A stretch of 64,000 nt of DNA from Octopus vulgaris (Eukaryota): positions 59,830,001 to 59,894,000 of the forward strand of contig OX597818.1 in the NCBI GenBank assembly GCA_951406725.2, in the 5' to 3' direction. Below, piece after piece: positions 43,310 through 55,456 of this stretch. The notes beneath the pieces were generated by a model. The model did no database searches, was not told the origin of the DNA, and worked only from the letters and a program-made list of their open reading frames with translations. Made by a program: the position numbers and the translations under genes. The stretch's first letter is position 1. Every line of letters begins with the position of its first letter.

Positions 43310-43505
43310 TTGTCCCCACAACATCGCTTAACAACCGATGCTGGTGTGTTTATATCCACGTAACTTAGCGATTCGGTAAAAGAGACCTGTAGAATAAGAA
43401 CTAGGCTTAGAAAGAATAAGTCCTGGGATCGATTTGCTCGACTAAAAGGCAGTGCTCCAGCATGGCCACAGTCAAATTACTGAAACAAGTAAAAGAGTAA
43501 AGAGT
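43069..43505 (+). mobile_element. SINE family A, full length
   Basis: gcgcaggagtggctgtgt head through a gtaaaagagtaaagag tail. Confidence 0.92.
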
Positions 43506-43879
43506 ATTATGAAAATACAATACAATAATATAATTTATAATTCTATCGTTACGGTGCTTATTTCGCTGGAGAATAATCTTTTTCACTGCTGCGTTCAATT
43601 TCTCCTATGTAGGCAGCTATCATGTTTCTGCACCATCCCTCACTACATCTTAAGCTATACACTACATATCTTATCTTACATTTAACCCGAGGGTGCATCC
43701 TACATACAACACAATTGTACTCCCTGCAGGGGAACTTATGAAAGGGATAGGGATTGCAGATCGGGGATTTTAAAGGGGCACCAGGCCTCTCCACTACTTT
43801 AATTCGTAGATCAGTCTTACTATATGTTTCTTTCTGAAGAGATGTGCTAGTTCGCCGCCAAGGGTAGCATCAACCAGCA

Positions 43880-44790
43880 TGACACTGGTGTTTTTTGTTG
43901 CCATACCAAGTGTTGGCCTTATTTATCTAATTACTGCTCCTTTCCGCGCTGTTCCAGGATTTACACCTGTACAGCGGGCAAATACCCTTAGCATCACTCT
44001 TTATGGTGGATTTGTACTTAATCCTGACTCCTTTGTACAGTCTAATCCCGTCCCTTTGGTTCTAGCCAGAGAACTACATGCGGTGGATGAAGTGTGGTGC
44101 ATATCTTTCCAATTCCATTGGGTTGCAGATGCGAGACACATTCCTCATCACTCTAACCAAGTCAGCTTTCAGAATGTTGAACTTGGCAAAGTCTGCAATC
44201 GCTGCGTATTGTGAACAAGGTACTTAGATGCCATGGGTTTGGCATAATGAGAATGAAGGATCTGAAACTTACCGTTCTTCGTTTCTAGCCAGAGTTCAGT
44301 GTCTAAAGCGGGTAATGTTTATTTAGGGTGCTTACTAAGGACGTCTATCGCTATTTCTGTACTCTGGTGGATGAAGTTAGCTATTTGCTGGATGCTCTCC
44401 ATAATGTTAGCTTCTTGATCTTCAACATCGTGTTTTCGAGATGTCCTGGCTATTATGTTGATATCATCCACGAAACGTGAGTACATGATTAGGTTTATGG
44501 AGTTCTCTACTAATTTCTCTTCAAGTCTTTTATCCAATCATACCATAAATAGGTTAGCCACATCGCCAGCAATATTGACACCGATGGCTGCACCTTCCTC
44601 TTGGACGTATGTTTTGTTGTTAAACTCAAATATATGGCACTTGAGTGTGGTCTTAATACTCTCACCCACCGCATGGGTGACGATTGTTTTAACCTGTTCA
44701 TTATATTCGGGGGTCCTTATAGCTCTGATCCAACCGTTCCATCTCTCTTTGGGGGTTCTTCTATAGCGGTGAGATCTAGCTTTTATGGAT
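43880..44790 (-). pseudogene. Penelope-like reverse transcriptase relic
   Basis: Minus strand reads HIFEFNNKTYVQEEGAAIGVNIAGDVANLFMV*LDK...MYSRFVDDINII...TLPALDTELW...HYAKPMASK. These are PLE-type RT motifs (FEF...Y.Q..G.A.G, Y.RFVDD, LP.LD, Y.KP). Confidence 0.88.
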
Positions 44791-44990
44791 CTAGTGGGGC
44801 ATAAACAAATAAGGCCATGTTTATCTAAGTACTCATAAAATCTTTTCTACGTATAAATAACGTCAGCATTAAATTACAAAGAAAACATAGTTTAGAAAAT
44901 TAACAATAAGCAAATGCCATTGTGTTTTCGTAGAATAAAGTACATTGCTATGATATCTGATGCAATTAGAGTGTTAGAAATATAATCCAC

Positions 44991-45222
44991 AAGGCGGCGA
45001 GCTGGCAGAATCGTTAGTACGCCGGGCGAAATGCTTAGCCATATTTCGTTTGCCGTTACGTTCAGAGTTTAAATTCCGCCGAGGTCGACTTTGCCTTTCA
45101 TCCTTTCGGGGTCGATAAATTAAGTACCAGTTACGCACTGGAGTCGATTTAATCGACTTAATCCGTTTGTCTGTCCTTGTTTGTCCCCTCTGCGTTTAGC
45201 CCCTTGTGGGTAGTAAAGAAAT
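44991..45222 (+). mobile_element. SINE family B, single unit
   Basis: aaggcggcgagctggcagaatcgttag head plus one body unit. Confidence 0.9.
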
Positions 45223-45421
45223 CTATTAGAAATGTTATGGAGGAAACGTGAGTTTGGTGACTAAATGTGCACTGTCTCACACACACATGCGCACTCACAC
45301 GCGCGCAACACGCACAAACATGCACGTAGTCACGTATGCACACACACACGCAAACACTCACATACACACGCACAAACATACACTCACACACGCACACAAA
45401 CACACACACACACATACATAT

Positions 45422-45827
45422 ACTCTTACTCTTTTACTTGTTTCAGTCATTTGACTGCGGCCATGCTGGAGCACCGCTTTTAGTCGAGCAAATCGACCCC
45501 GAGACTTATTCTTTGTAAGCCCAGTACTTATTCTATCGGTCTCTTTTGCCGAACCGCTAAGTGACGGGGACGTAAACACACCAGCATCGGTTGTCAAGCA
45601 ATGCTAGGGAGACAATCACAAACACACAAACACATACACACACATACATATACATATTTATACATATATACGACAGGCTTCTTTCAGTTTCCGTCTACCA
45701 AATCCACTCACAAGGCATTGGTCGGCCTGGAGCTATAGCAGAAGACATTTGCCCAAGATGCCACGCAGTGGGACTGAACACGGAACCATATGGTTGGTTA
45801 GCAAGCTACTTACCACACAGCCACTCC
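45422..45827 (-). mobile_element. SINE family A
   Basis: Near-consensus family A sequence on the minus strand. Confidence 0.92.
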
Positions 45828-45884
45828 TTGCGCACAAAAACACACACACGCACAATAAGAAGAAAATTTGTTTCCGTTTTAAAA

Positions 45885-46803
45885 AATTCTGTCATCTGGT
45901 TCTTTTCTCGAAACATTCAGAGACAATTTTTTCTATTGTTCCTCTGCTTTTATCTTTATTGTTGGTGTTGTAGTTATTGACGATCACGTAAGCGTTTCAT
46001 GGAACATTGTTGCTGTTACCGTTGTTCTGATACAGGTCAGGTTTGATTGAAATAAACTTGAAATCGCAGATAACCCAAGAAATCTTATAGACAAGACAGC
46101 TACAATACACAAGTCGATTCCTTGGTTCTTTTTTACATGTAAATCTTGTTCGGTTTTTAGACGTAGCTGTCGCTTTACTTCTTGTTATGGATATTGTTGA
46201 AATAAGGCCAGTTAACTCTGTTTGTAGAAACACAGCTCCAGAATTCGATGACGTAATGATTATTGACACAAAAGAATTCGTCCGTTGATTTTGTTATTCT
46301 TGTTCATACTAATGCCAGTCAATTTTGTTCGAACATATATAAATCTGCAGTCGTGATTGCAGAAACTATAACTAAAGGGACAGCTACATATGGAGAAAAA
46401 AAAGAGAAAAGAAAAACCAACAGAAAGACAAAAAGAAAACAATAAGATTTGCAGCGACATTTACAGAGAATAAAACGGTTGTTGACATGATTTAATCAGA
46501 TTTGACCTGGGAATAAGCGACGATAATATTTCTAACTGCAAAACGGGCGAAGAAAAGTAAAAAAAACAAGCATCTTCAGCGTCCATAAAACTCTAAGAAC
46601 AGCAACACCACCATCAGCGCCACCACCACCACCAACAACAACGACAGCAAAAACAACAGTGACAATAATAACAGCGGCAACAACAACGATAATAACAATA
46701 GCTTTTTTACAGAAAGAACGTCGATTACGAAAGCAGCAAGCGAGCAAAAGAAACATCTTTTCTCTTTGAATGTTTCGAAAGAAAAGAACCAGATGACAGA
46801 ATT
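45885..46803. mobile_element. Putative non-autonomous element bounded by ~40-bp inverted repeats
   Basis: aattctgtcatctggttcttttctcgaaacattcagaga (45885-45923) is the inverse of 46761-46803, apart from small indels. Confidence 0.6.
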
Positions 46804-48330
46804 ATGATTGAGATCTTCCGTTTGACGGTGGAGAATGCTGTACAAATGCTTGCGGGCTTTGTGATTTTGCGGCTGTTTTATCTCAGAAAATGCAATCACA
46901 GAAAGACATTGAACTGCAATCAGTTTACTGTTTATACCTTTCTGTCTTTTCTTAAAAACTCTCGCTAATGAATCCTGGCAGACTAATTTATTCATTAAGT
47001 GCACTACTGGAAATATTTTCTCAGGCACCTCTTCAAAGTAATTCAGTGCATATATAATAAGATACATAATGTCTCAGCAACATTTGGTATTTAGTACTAA
47101 AGTTTCAGCTCTTATATTGATGGACGGTAGCTCTTTGTCATATCTATAAAAATGTAATATTCTTACCGCTAGAGAATACTAAACGAAACTAGTTATATTG
47201 AAACTGTTGCAAAACTTCGTTTGTTACCATAACAATTTAAAGTTCTGTGGCTTTCACAGTTATTTCTTTATATTGATGTATAGTAAATCGCGCCTCATGC
47301 CCTAGGACTCAGTGATCTAGTTATCCGCTTTCCATTGGATACAAGTGACCGGAACAACAAGAGGACGTCTGGCCATCGCAGGGTTACGCATTTATAGCCG
47401 AATGGACTGAAATAACGTGTAATGAAGTTTCTTGCTACAAAAAACAACGCACCGCCCGGTGCGCGAATCGAAACCACGACCTTACGCACGTGAGAGCATC
47501 AGCATGAACATAAGTCCACGCATCTTCATATATCGAAGTATGGACGTCTGAAGAAGAGACAAGAGGTATATATATGATATGAAGGAATATTGTTCCAAAC
47601 TTACTGGGAAAATTCAATTTAGAAATACTAAATCAAATTTCGAAATTTCACATCATTATATTTTTATCCTATATTTAATCTTTCTATAATATGTAATTTT
47701 CTAGATGGTGTAATTTAATTTTTCATTATTGAATTGATAAAAGGTGCTTTTTTCTAATTTACATATATATATATATATACACTCACATATTCACATACAC
47801 ACCCTCACACACACATACACATATGCACCAAACAGTGGCACCCCACTTTATTTATAGGTGCAAGTGTGGATAGGCGCAAGCGGGGGTAGGCATATGGGTG
47901 GCTTTGTGGTAAGAAGTTTGCTTTCCAGCCACATGGTTCTGGGTTCAGTCCTACTGCGTGGCATCTTGGGCAGATTGATTACATGAAGTTCAATAGAAAA
48001 CCGTCTGCGTAAACCGAACATCCCAACCACAAACATTTGCTATACGGATATTTCAAAGACGAATTTCACAGTGCAAAACCGACAACATTAGATGATTTGA
48101 GGAATAGTATTAAAAAAAAAAAATGCTTATAAATATCATTCCATTACTTTGGCGTTATCAGCGAAGCGTGAATAAGAACAGGTGTTGTTCTAAAAAAATT
48201 TAAAGCGTTTCTCTAGATTTTATTAACTTTTGAAAATGAAGTGTATCTTAATAAATATTGAATTTCATTCAACATATGTGAATACAAATTCTACTGTTAC
48301 CTGTATGTATGTAAACATATATATCTATAT

Positions 48331-48373
<43 letters not shown>

Positions 48374-48383
<10 letters not shown>

Positions 48384-48699
48384 TAAATTAGAGATAAAAC
48401 CACTATTAGGCAAATCATACAATGAAAAACTTAAGCCAATACATAAGATTAATTAATGTATATTATTTAAATATATATCAAAATTATTAAAAAATATATA
48501 TTTAAATAATATAAATTAATTAATCTTATGTATTAGCTTAAGTTTTTCATTGTATGATTTGCCTAATAGTGGTTTTATCTCTAATTTAATATAATATAAT
48601 ATTTTACTATAAAATTTGATTCAATCCTAAATCTGATTTTTCCCTTAAGTTCTGATTTATTCCCTGTAAGTTCTGATTTATTCCCTAATATTTTATTAT

Positions 48700-48700
<1 letters not shown>
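48374..48700 (+). mobile_element. Fold-back element in (TA)n: 105-bp arms, 15-bp spacer, ~100-bp tail
   Basis: 48374-48478 is the inverse of 48494-48598. The tail 48599-48700 contains a duplicated taagttctgatttattccct. Confidence 0.85.
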
Positions 48701-48746
<46 letters not shown>

Positions 48747-49414
48747 TGTAAGTATTATGTATGTATGCTTGCATATATATAATGTTTACGCAGGATGGGC
48801 CCAACGACTAGAAAACTGAACAAAATTATCACGTGTGTTTATGAACAAAAATACTCCATGTTGTTTCTTTGGATTCATTTGCTCCCCGCTTAGGATTTAT
48901 GCTATTGGGAATGCATGGATACACAGTGAGAAACCTGCTGGAAACCTCCAAGGACGGAAGCATTTTATCTTGAAATGCATGCTGTACATATTAAAAATAT
49001 GTATATATAATTTGAACATATTCGCTATCATATTTCCAATATACTTACTTTGAATACACCAAATCTACACTTATAATCAGACGTTCAAATATCCTACTTT
49101 CTAAAATTCAAATTCATTATTTTATCCTAATTAGAAAACTTTCGTTTCATTGCTCTTTTCGTATTTGATTCCGAATTAGTTTCAAATGCTTAATGTTTTT
49201 TTTTTTTATATCTGCAAAGCATCATTAATGAGAGTATAGTTTCTTTTCATTCCCCTTTCAGATAAATTCTCTATCGTTTTTGGAAATTCATGTTTGACTC
49301 ACTTTCTCATTTTGTTTAAATCTGAAAAGTTTGCCACACTGAACTGTTAAATATACTAAATAATGAGGTTAAAAGAAATAACAAGTTAGGCACGCTAACC
49401 AAGTTGAAACGTAT

Positions 49415-49790
49415 ATTTTTCTTCTACTCTATGCACAAGGACAGAAATTTTGAGGTGGGGGGGACCTGTCGATTAGATCGACACCAGTATTCAACTGGTA
49501 CATAATTTATCGACCCAAAAAGGATGAAAGGTAAAGACGACCACGACGAAATTTGAACTCAGAACGTTAAGACAGACGAAATACCTACAGAGAGGACAAA
49601 TAAGGACAGACAAAGGGATTAAGTCGAGTATATCGACCCCAGTGCGAAACTGGTACTTACTTTATCGACCCCGAAAGGATGAAAGGCAAAATCGACCTCG
49701 GCGGAATTTGAACTCAGAACATAACGGCAGACGTAATACGGCTACGCATTTCGCCCGGCGTGCTAACGTTTCTCCCATCTCGCCGCCTTC
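49415..49790 (-). mobile_element. SINE family B
   Basis: Family B head and units on the minus strand. Confidence 0.85.
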
Positions 49791-49850
49791 CTCCACACAA
49801 TTTCCAATAACAACTAAAAGAACACCAACATCTAAAGAAGAATGAGAACA

Positions 49851-50248
49851 TCTTTTAATATAAAAGTGAAGTTGTGTGCCTGTCTCCTACGATTTAGATT
49901 CCTAACTACTCCCACATTTTGCAGTGCAGTGTAACCAAAACCAGGTATCTTATAGTCGTGATTCATATCGAGCCCGTCTGGGTATTAGCGCGCGTCTATG
50001 ATGAGTCTACGATTTCAAAAAAGTTTACCATCATTTTTTTCCATTTTAATGCATTTTTTCGCTATTATATAAGGGAAGTAACTCTCTAAAAATGTCTACG
50101 ATGAGTCAACGATTTTTTAAAAATTTTACCATCATTTTTTTTTTCCATTTTTAATGCATTTTTTTGCTATTTTTTGGCTATAACTCTCTTAAAATGCTTT
50201 ATAGTTATTTCCCTTACAAATCCGAGCAACGCCGGGCGATACTGCTAG
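49851..50248 (+). mobile_element. Non-autonomous Helitron
   Basis: A|TC 5' end, subterminal GC hairpin ccgagcaacgccggg, CTAG|T 3' end, and no TSD. Confidence 0.82.
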
Positions 50249-50356
50249 TTTACAAATAAAAACAGGAAGCAATTATTCTTATTTGCAATATTATTTCATT
50301 ATTTAACAAACATATAGATTGACAGATCGGTTGAGCAAGAAACAGATGACCGTAGA

Positions 50357-50387
<31 letters not shown>

Positions 50388-50629
50388 CGCTAGATTCAGT
50401 TTAAATCTTGCCTCACTGTTCGTCATCTGAAAATCGAAAAATTAAATATGAATAACAATAATATTAAACAGTTGACGAATCAGAGAGCTGGCAGAATCGT
50501 TAGGATGCCGGGCAAATGACAGACTTTATGTTCTGAGTTCAAATTCCGCCCATGATGTATATATATATATACACATATATATTTATATGTATATATATAT
50601 AAATGTATATATGTATATGTATAGACATG

Positions 50630-50661
<32 letters not shown>

Positions 50662-50970
50662 CACATATGTATATATATATATACATATATATGTAGACAT
50701 ATATATATATACATACATATATACTTATACATATATATACATACATATACATATCTATATGTGTGTATATGTACAGCAATAAGAAAATGGAGGGAATCAA
50801 GAGGTGGTATTCATCAACTTTTTGACATTATATTATATCTATTTTTCTAAAGCAACAATTATAGCAGTATACATACATTTATATCATTATGTATTATATA
50901 ATATATAAAAATATAAAAATACCAGTAATTATTAAAATATATAACGTAGAGCATAGGAGGTAGAATCGTA

Positions 50971-51092
50971 TCTTACAGCTCTTTCCGCCAAGGGGTCATA
51001 GTACCCCACTTTACTTCCCTCCCTTCAGTGAACTGAAGTATTTTGTAGATAAGACTAAGGTACTTGGGTGTGCCTCTAGGCTTCGTCTGAGA
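50971..51092 (-). ncRNA. Decayed type I hammerhead ribozyme with long stem II
   Basis: Minus strand reads tct-CAGACGA-agcc...ggcg-GAAAG-agct-GTA-aga. There are two substitutions from CUGANGA/GAAAC. Confidence 0.5.
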
Positions 51093-51279
51093 GTTTAGAA
51101 AGTTCATAAGGTTAAGTTATAAATATAAATACATATATAAACACATTTATATATACATACATATACATTGATATACATAAATACATATCTATACATTTAT
51201 ATGTACATGTATATACATACAAATGAATCAATTATTATTAACATTAAGTGTATTTTATTATTCCTATTAGATAAAGTAC

Positions 51280-51326
<47 letters not shown>

Positions 51327-51404
51327 TGTGTGTGTGTGACCGCGTGTGTATCGTTGGCGATTGTTTCCTCCGTCTTCCCTTCCTTGGATCTTTCCTTTTC
51401 CTAT

Positions 51405-51440
51405 GTTTCTGACGAAGAGCTCCGCTCGAAACGTTAAAAC
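51405..51440 (+). ncRNA. Minimal type I hammerhead ribozyme (PLE type)
   Basis: gttt-CTGACGA-a-gagc-tcc-gctc-GAAA-cgt-TA-aaac. Stem I is gttt/aaac, stem II is gagc/gctc, and stem III is the vestigial palindrome AACGTT. Confidence 0.72.
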
Positions 51441-51553
51441 CTCCGTCTTTCTTTCCTTTCCTGAGTGTCCAATAACACTACGTTTGTTCTACGTCCTCGC
51501 GTTGTTGTTTTCTCTTTGTGTTTTCATGTTTAGATTATCTATCTATCTATCTT

Positions 51554-51591
<38 letters not shown>

Positions 51592-51612
51592 AATCTATCT
51601 ATTCTATCTATA

Positions 51613-51647
<35 letters not shown>

Positions 51648-51830
51648 TATCTATCTATCTCTCTCTCTCTATATATATATATATATTGAAGAACGTAGGA
51701 TCGAAACGTAAAAGACTTTCTGATCTCCCCGAGCGTTAATCTACTACACCTGTTTTTGCTTACACACCTGTTTTCATCTTTTGTTTTTTGTTTGTCTTTT
51801 TTTTTTGTAAATTCCAACGATATATAGATT

Positions 51831-52699
51831 GGATATTTTTCTATTTGGCTACCAGCGTCAATTTTCTCTTCGAATTGAGTTCATATTGAGAGTAATGATA
51901 CACTTTTATAGGCTAATTATTGACGTGAAAGTAATTTTCGCTATAAATCAAAAAATACAGAGTTATTAGTAATTAAAGTTTGAACATTTTGGTAATTTTA
52001 GCCACTCGTAAGCCACAAACACATTCATGGCTGTTTCGATAGTAAGAAGCAGAACATGAGAACTCTTTTGTCTCTTAACATGACTGTTGCCATAGTAACA
52101 AGCGACTCCAAGCAGTCTTTGAAAAGTCTTTTATCTGCGAGAAGCACGTGTTGACACATTTGGCTATGTGTTCTTTGATCTTTGTAATTGTGGCTGCAAG
52201 CTGAAGTAAGTTCGCTTCTACTATGGAAACATTGAAATTTGAGGAGGATATTTTAAAAATTAAAACCAAAAGCTAATGTTTGTTTTTTAAGCATATTTAA
52301 ATTGTAATTAAACATGTTTAAATTCTTTTTGCCATTGAGCATTGAGGTGGTTTGTGAGGTGTGCTAAAACTAACAGCTAAATAACATTTATTTACATGAA
52401 AAGAAAAATTACCGAAGACATAAAACGTGCTGTTTACAAATATTGACAACACGTGATATTTTCAGTTTCTTGACGACAAAATGTGCAATCACACACAAAA
52501 TGGCAGCTTCCAAATCCTTTTTTTTTTTTTGACTGAGTGAAAATGATCAAACTTTAAACCTCTATAAATGTTCAAAAACTTTTTTCTGGAGAAAATGAAC
52601 CCCTGTAATTCGGTTTGGGACAATGTATTGTTGTGCCAAATCTTAGAATTTTCGGTAAACTCTAAATTTTGGAGCCGCTGGCAGCCAAACAGGAAAGAT

Positions 52700-52701
<2 letters not shown>
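51831..52701. mobile_element. Non-autonomous DNA transposon with ~27-bp imperfect TIRs
   Basis: ggatatttttctatttggctaccagcg matches the reverse complement of the right end, ggatctttcctgtttggctgccagcg. Confidence 0.65.
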
Positions 52702-52750
<49 letters not shown>

Positions 52751-52773
52751 TTTATTTTAAGCAGCAGAAAATT

Positions 52774-52829
52774 CAACAAAATCTGTTACTCTGAGTTTCT
52801 CGTTGCCGTTCATCAGACAGATTTTGCTA
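52774..52829 (-). ncRNA. Type I hammerhead ribozyme (mirror copy, fully paired stem I)
   Basis: Minus strand reads tagcaaaatctgt-CTGATGA-acggcaacga-GAAAC-tcaga-GTA-acagattttgttg. Confidence 0.85.
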
Positions 52830-52869
52830 GAATGGAACCGATATATCAATTGATATATCGGTTCCATTC

Positions 52870-52925
52870 TAGCAAAAACTGTCTGATGAACGGCAACGAG
52901 AAACTCAGAGTAACAGATTTTGTTG
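52870..52925 (+). ncRNA. Type I hammerhead ribozyme
   Basis: tagcaaaaactgt-CTGATGA-a-cg-gcaa-cg-a-GAAAC-tcaga-GTA-acagattttgttg. It has a long stem I, a GNRA-capped stem II and a near-palindromic stem III. The predicted cut is after 52912. Confidence 0.85.
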
Positions 52926-53041
52926 AATTTTCTGCTGCTTAAAATAAAGCATATTACTCTACCACTGGTATTTGAGTACTCTTTTTTCCACCTTGTTTCA
53001 CATTTATGTGTTTACTCCGGTATATATATATATATATATAT

Positions 53042-53240
53042 ATAGTTATTGCCATACTTATATGGCAGTCTTATAGATATAAGACTAAAGCTGTCGCTGA
53101 TTGGCTCCAAGAGGCCACTTGGAGCTAATCAGCGACAGCTTTAGTCTTATATTTATAAGACTGCCATATAAGTATGGCGATAACTATTAATTTCCAGTAA
53201 CGCTGCCGTAATCTCCTTTAGAGAGACTTAATAATTTTAA

Positions 53241-53246
<6 letters not shown>
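53042..53246 (+). mobile_element. Fold-back element: 146-bp palindrome plus 59-bp tail in (TA)n
   Basis: Symmetric about ggcc at 53113-53116 with 4 mismatches. The tail is 53188-53246. Confidence 0.88.
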
Positions 53247-53287
<41 letters not shown>

Positions 53288-53438
53288 TTAATCATATCGA
53301 AGGGAATTGGTATGATTATATTTTTTCATTTCGTTCCTGTCGAATTTTATCCCTAATTTTGTGGTTATAGAACCTAGCTGTTCTTTCTAGCGTGTTGAAT
53401 CCCACGAGTGGATTCCTTATGTGATTAAATGTACACTG

Positions 53439-53476
<38 letters not shown>

Positions 53477-54294
53477 GACGGGCATCTTTTGGTTTCCGTC
53501 AACGAAATCAACTCACGAAGATTTGGCTGGCACGAAGCTATAGTAGAAGAAACTTGTCGAAGGTGTCACACAGTGGGACTGAGCCCGGAGCCATGTGGTA
53601 GAGAAGCAAGCTTCTTACCACATAGCCACGCCTATATACCATTCAAAAGCTCTACTAAACACACTATCAGTTTCCTTAAGTAAAAACCGTCCAACTGACC
53701 ACAATATTTATTTCCTTAACCAGGTCAGCAACCGGGAGTTTTCACATGCTCAGACACGCATCGGACTCCATCATATATGTTTACATTGTACACGTATGCA
53801 TATCATTATCAATGTACACGCTCACGTGTACAAATAATTTAAACACGGAACTAGCATCCATAATAGACAGCAATTGATTTAGCCGTATGGGTCTTTTGGA
53901 CGCATTTTAAATTATGACTTAAACAGGTTTTCTTAATATATTAACATAGTTACGTAACAAGACACCTAACAACAAACCTAGTTTTGTTTCAAAGTGAGAC
54001 ACGTTTCGATAGTCACTTACTGCACGCAAACTCTGAACAAAATTTGTAATTTTTATTCAGTATTTCAGGCAGTTAACTAAAGATATAAAACCTGAAGGAT
54101 TCGGTTTGTGTTCTAATTGACAAATATTAGTCAATATAACCAAAGACATCGTGCAAGTTCCAAGCGATTAGGGTGGAAAATTTAAGCTCATTTTAACAGC
54201 AAAAATCGGATTAATACTCTACGTAATATTTCATTCAGGTAACAATTTAACAAGCTAAACATTATTAAAATAAAAAGATCAAAACGAAACAAAG

Positions 54295-54372
<78 letters not shown>

Positions 54373-54448
54373 ATTTGCATAGTTGTGTGTGTATGCACAT
54401 ACATATGTGTGTTTGTATATATGCATTGCTATGTATATATACACATGG

Positions 54449-54490
<42 letters not shown>

Positions 54491-54684
54491 GTATATATAT
54501 ATGCGTGGATGTGCATATGAGTGTGTGTGTGTGTGTGATTAGAAGTGAAGTACAGATATTGAATATTGAGAAAAGAGGAGGTCACCAGGCTGTTTCTTTG
54601 GTATAATTAAAGACGGCCCTTTGGTGTGTCTTAATGTTTTTTATAACCCAGGCTTCTTTGTCTGCTCTCCCCACCACACACCCA

Positions 54685-54736
<52 letters not shown>

Positions 54737-54738
<2 letters not shown>

Positions 54739-55060
54739 AGTACTCCGTCTGTTACGACGACGAGGGGCCCAGCTGACACGATCAATGGAATAGCCTGCTC
54801 GTGAAATTAACGTGCAAGGGACTGAGAAATCCACAGACACATGCACCCGTAACGTAGTTCTCAGGGAGATTCAGCGTGACACAGATGTGACAAGGCTGGC
54901 CCTTTTAAATACAGGTACAACACATTTTTGTTGGCTGAGAGAACTGGAGCATCGTGAAATAGAGTGTCTTGCTCAAGGACACAACGTGTCGCCGGGAATC
55001 GAACTCACGACCTTACAATCGTGAGCCGAATGCCCTAACCACTAAGCCACGCGCCTTCAC
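54737..55060 (-). mobile_element. SINE family C variant
   Basis: Minus-strand head gaaggcgcgtggcttagtggttaggg...gttcgattccc with the family C 3' end. Confidence 0.85.
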
Positions 55061-55456
55061 AGTATTATATGTTACTCTTTTACTTTTCCAGTCATTTGAT
55101 AGAGTAACGCTTTTTCTGTCTGCAACGTCCTCAGCCTCACGACGTCTGCATTTCACCAGACCGTAATCTATATGAAATATTGTGTCGATGCTGCTACAGA
55201 TAAAATATATTTCAAATCATATTAAATACGAAAGAAGCTCAACGAATGTTGGGGAATATTTTAACACCGAGATAAAGCCATTTTTATCGTGGTTTTCTTT
55301 TCAGAATGTTCGTTATCGCCTTGTGTTTTAATACGTAACTTCATAGTTAAACTATTTTGTCGATTTAGAAGTCAGATATTAATTTAATGAAGTACATGGC
55401 AACACTATATCTAACATTATGCTGGAAGCCAGAGACGTACTACTGAAATAGTCTCC

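Larger units (their letters stand above)
52750..53020 (+). mobile_element. Fold-back PLE-type element: 200-bp spacerless palindrome plus 71-bp tail in (TA)n
   Basis: 52750-52849 is the inverse of 52850-52949 with 1 mismatch. The tail is 52950-53020, with (TA)n on both sides. Confidence 0.9.

Noticed and set aside
44530-44545. In-frame TGA in the PLE RT as selenocysteine
   Set aside because: The relic also has a TAA stop and frameshifts. TGG-to-TGA decay is simpler.
53995-54040. GAAACGT on the minus strand as a hammerhead
   Set aside because: No upstream CUGANGA and no closing stems.
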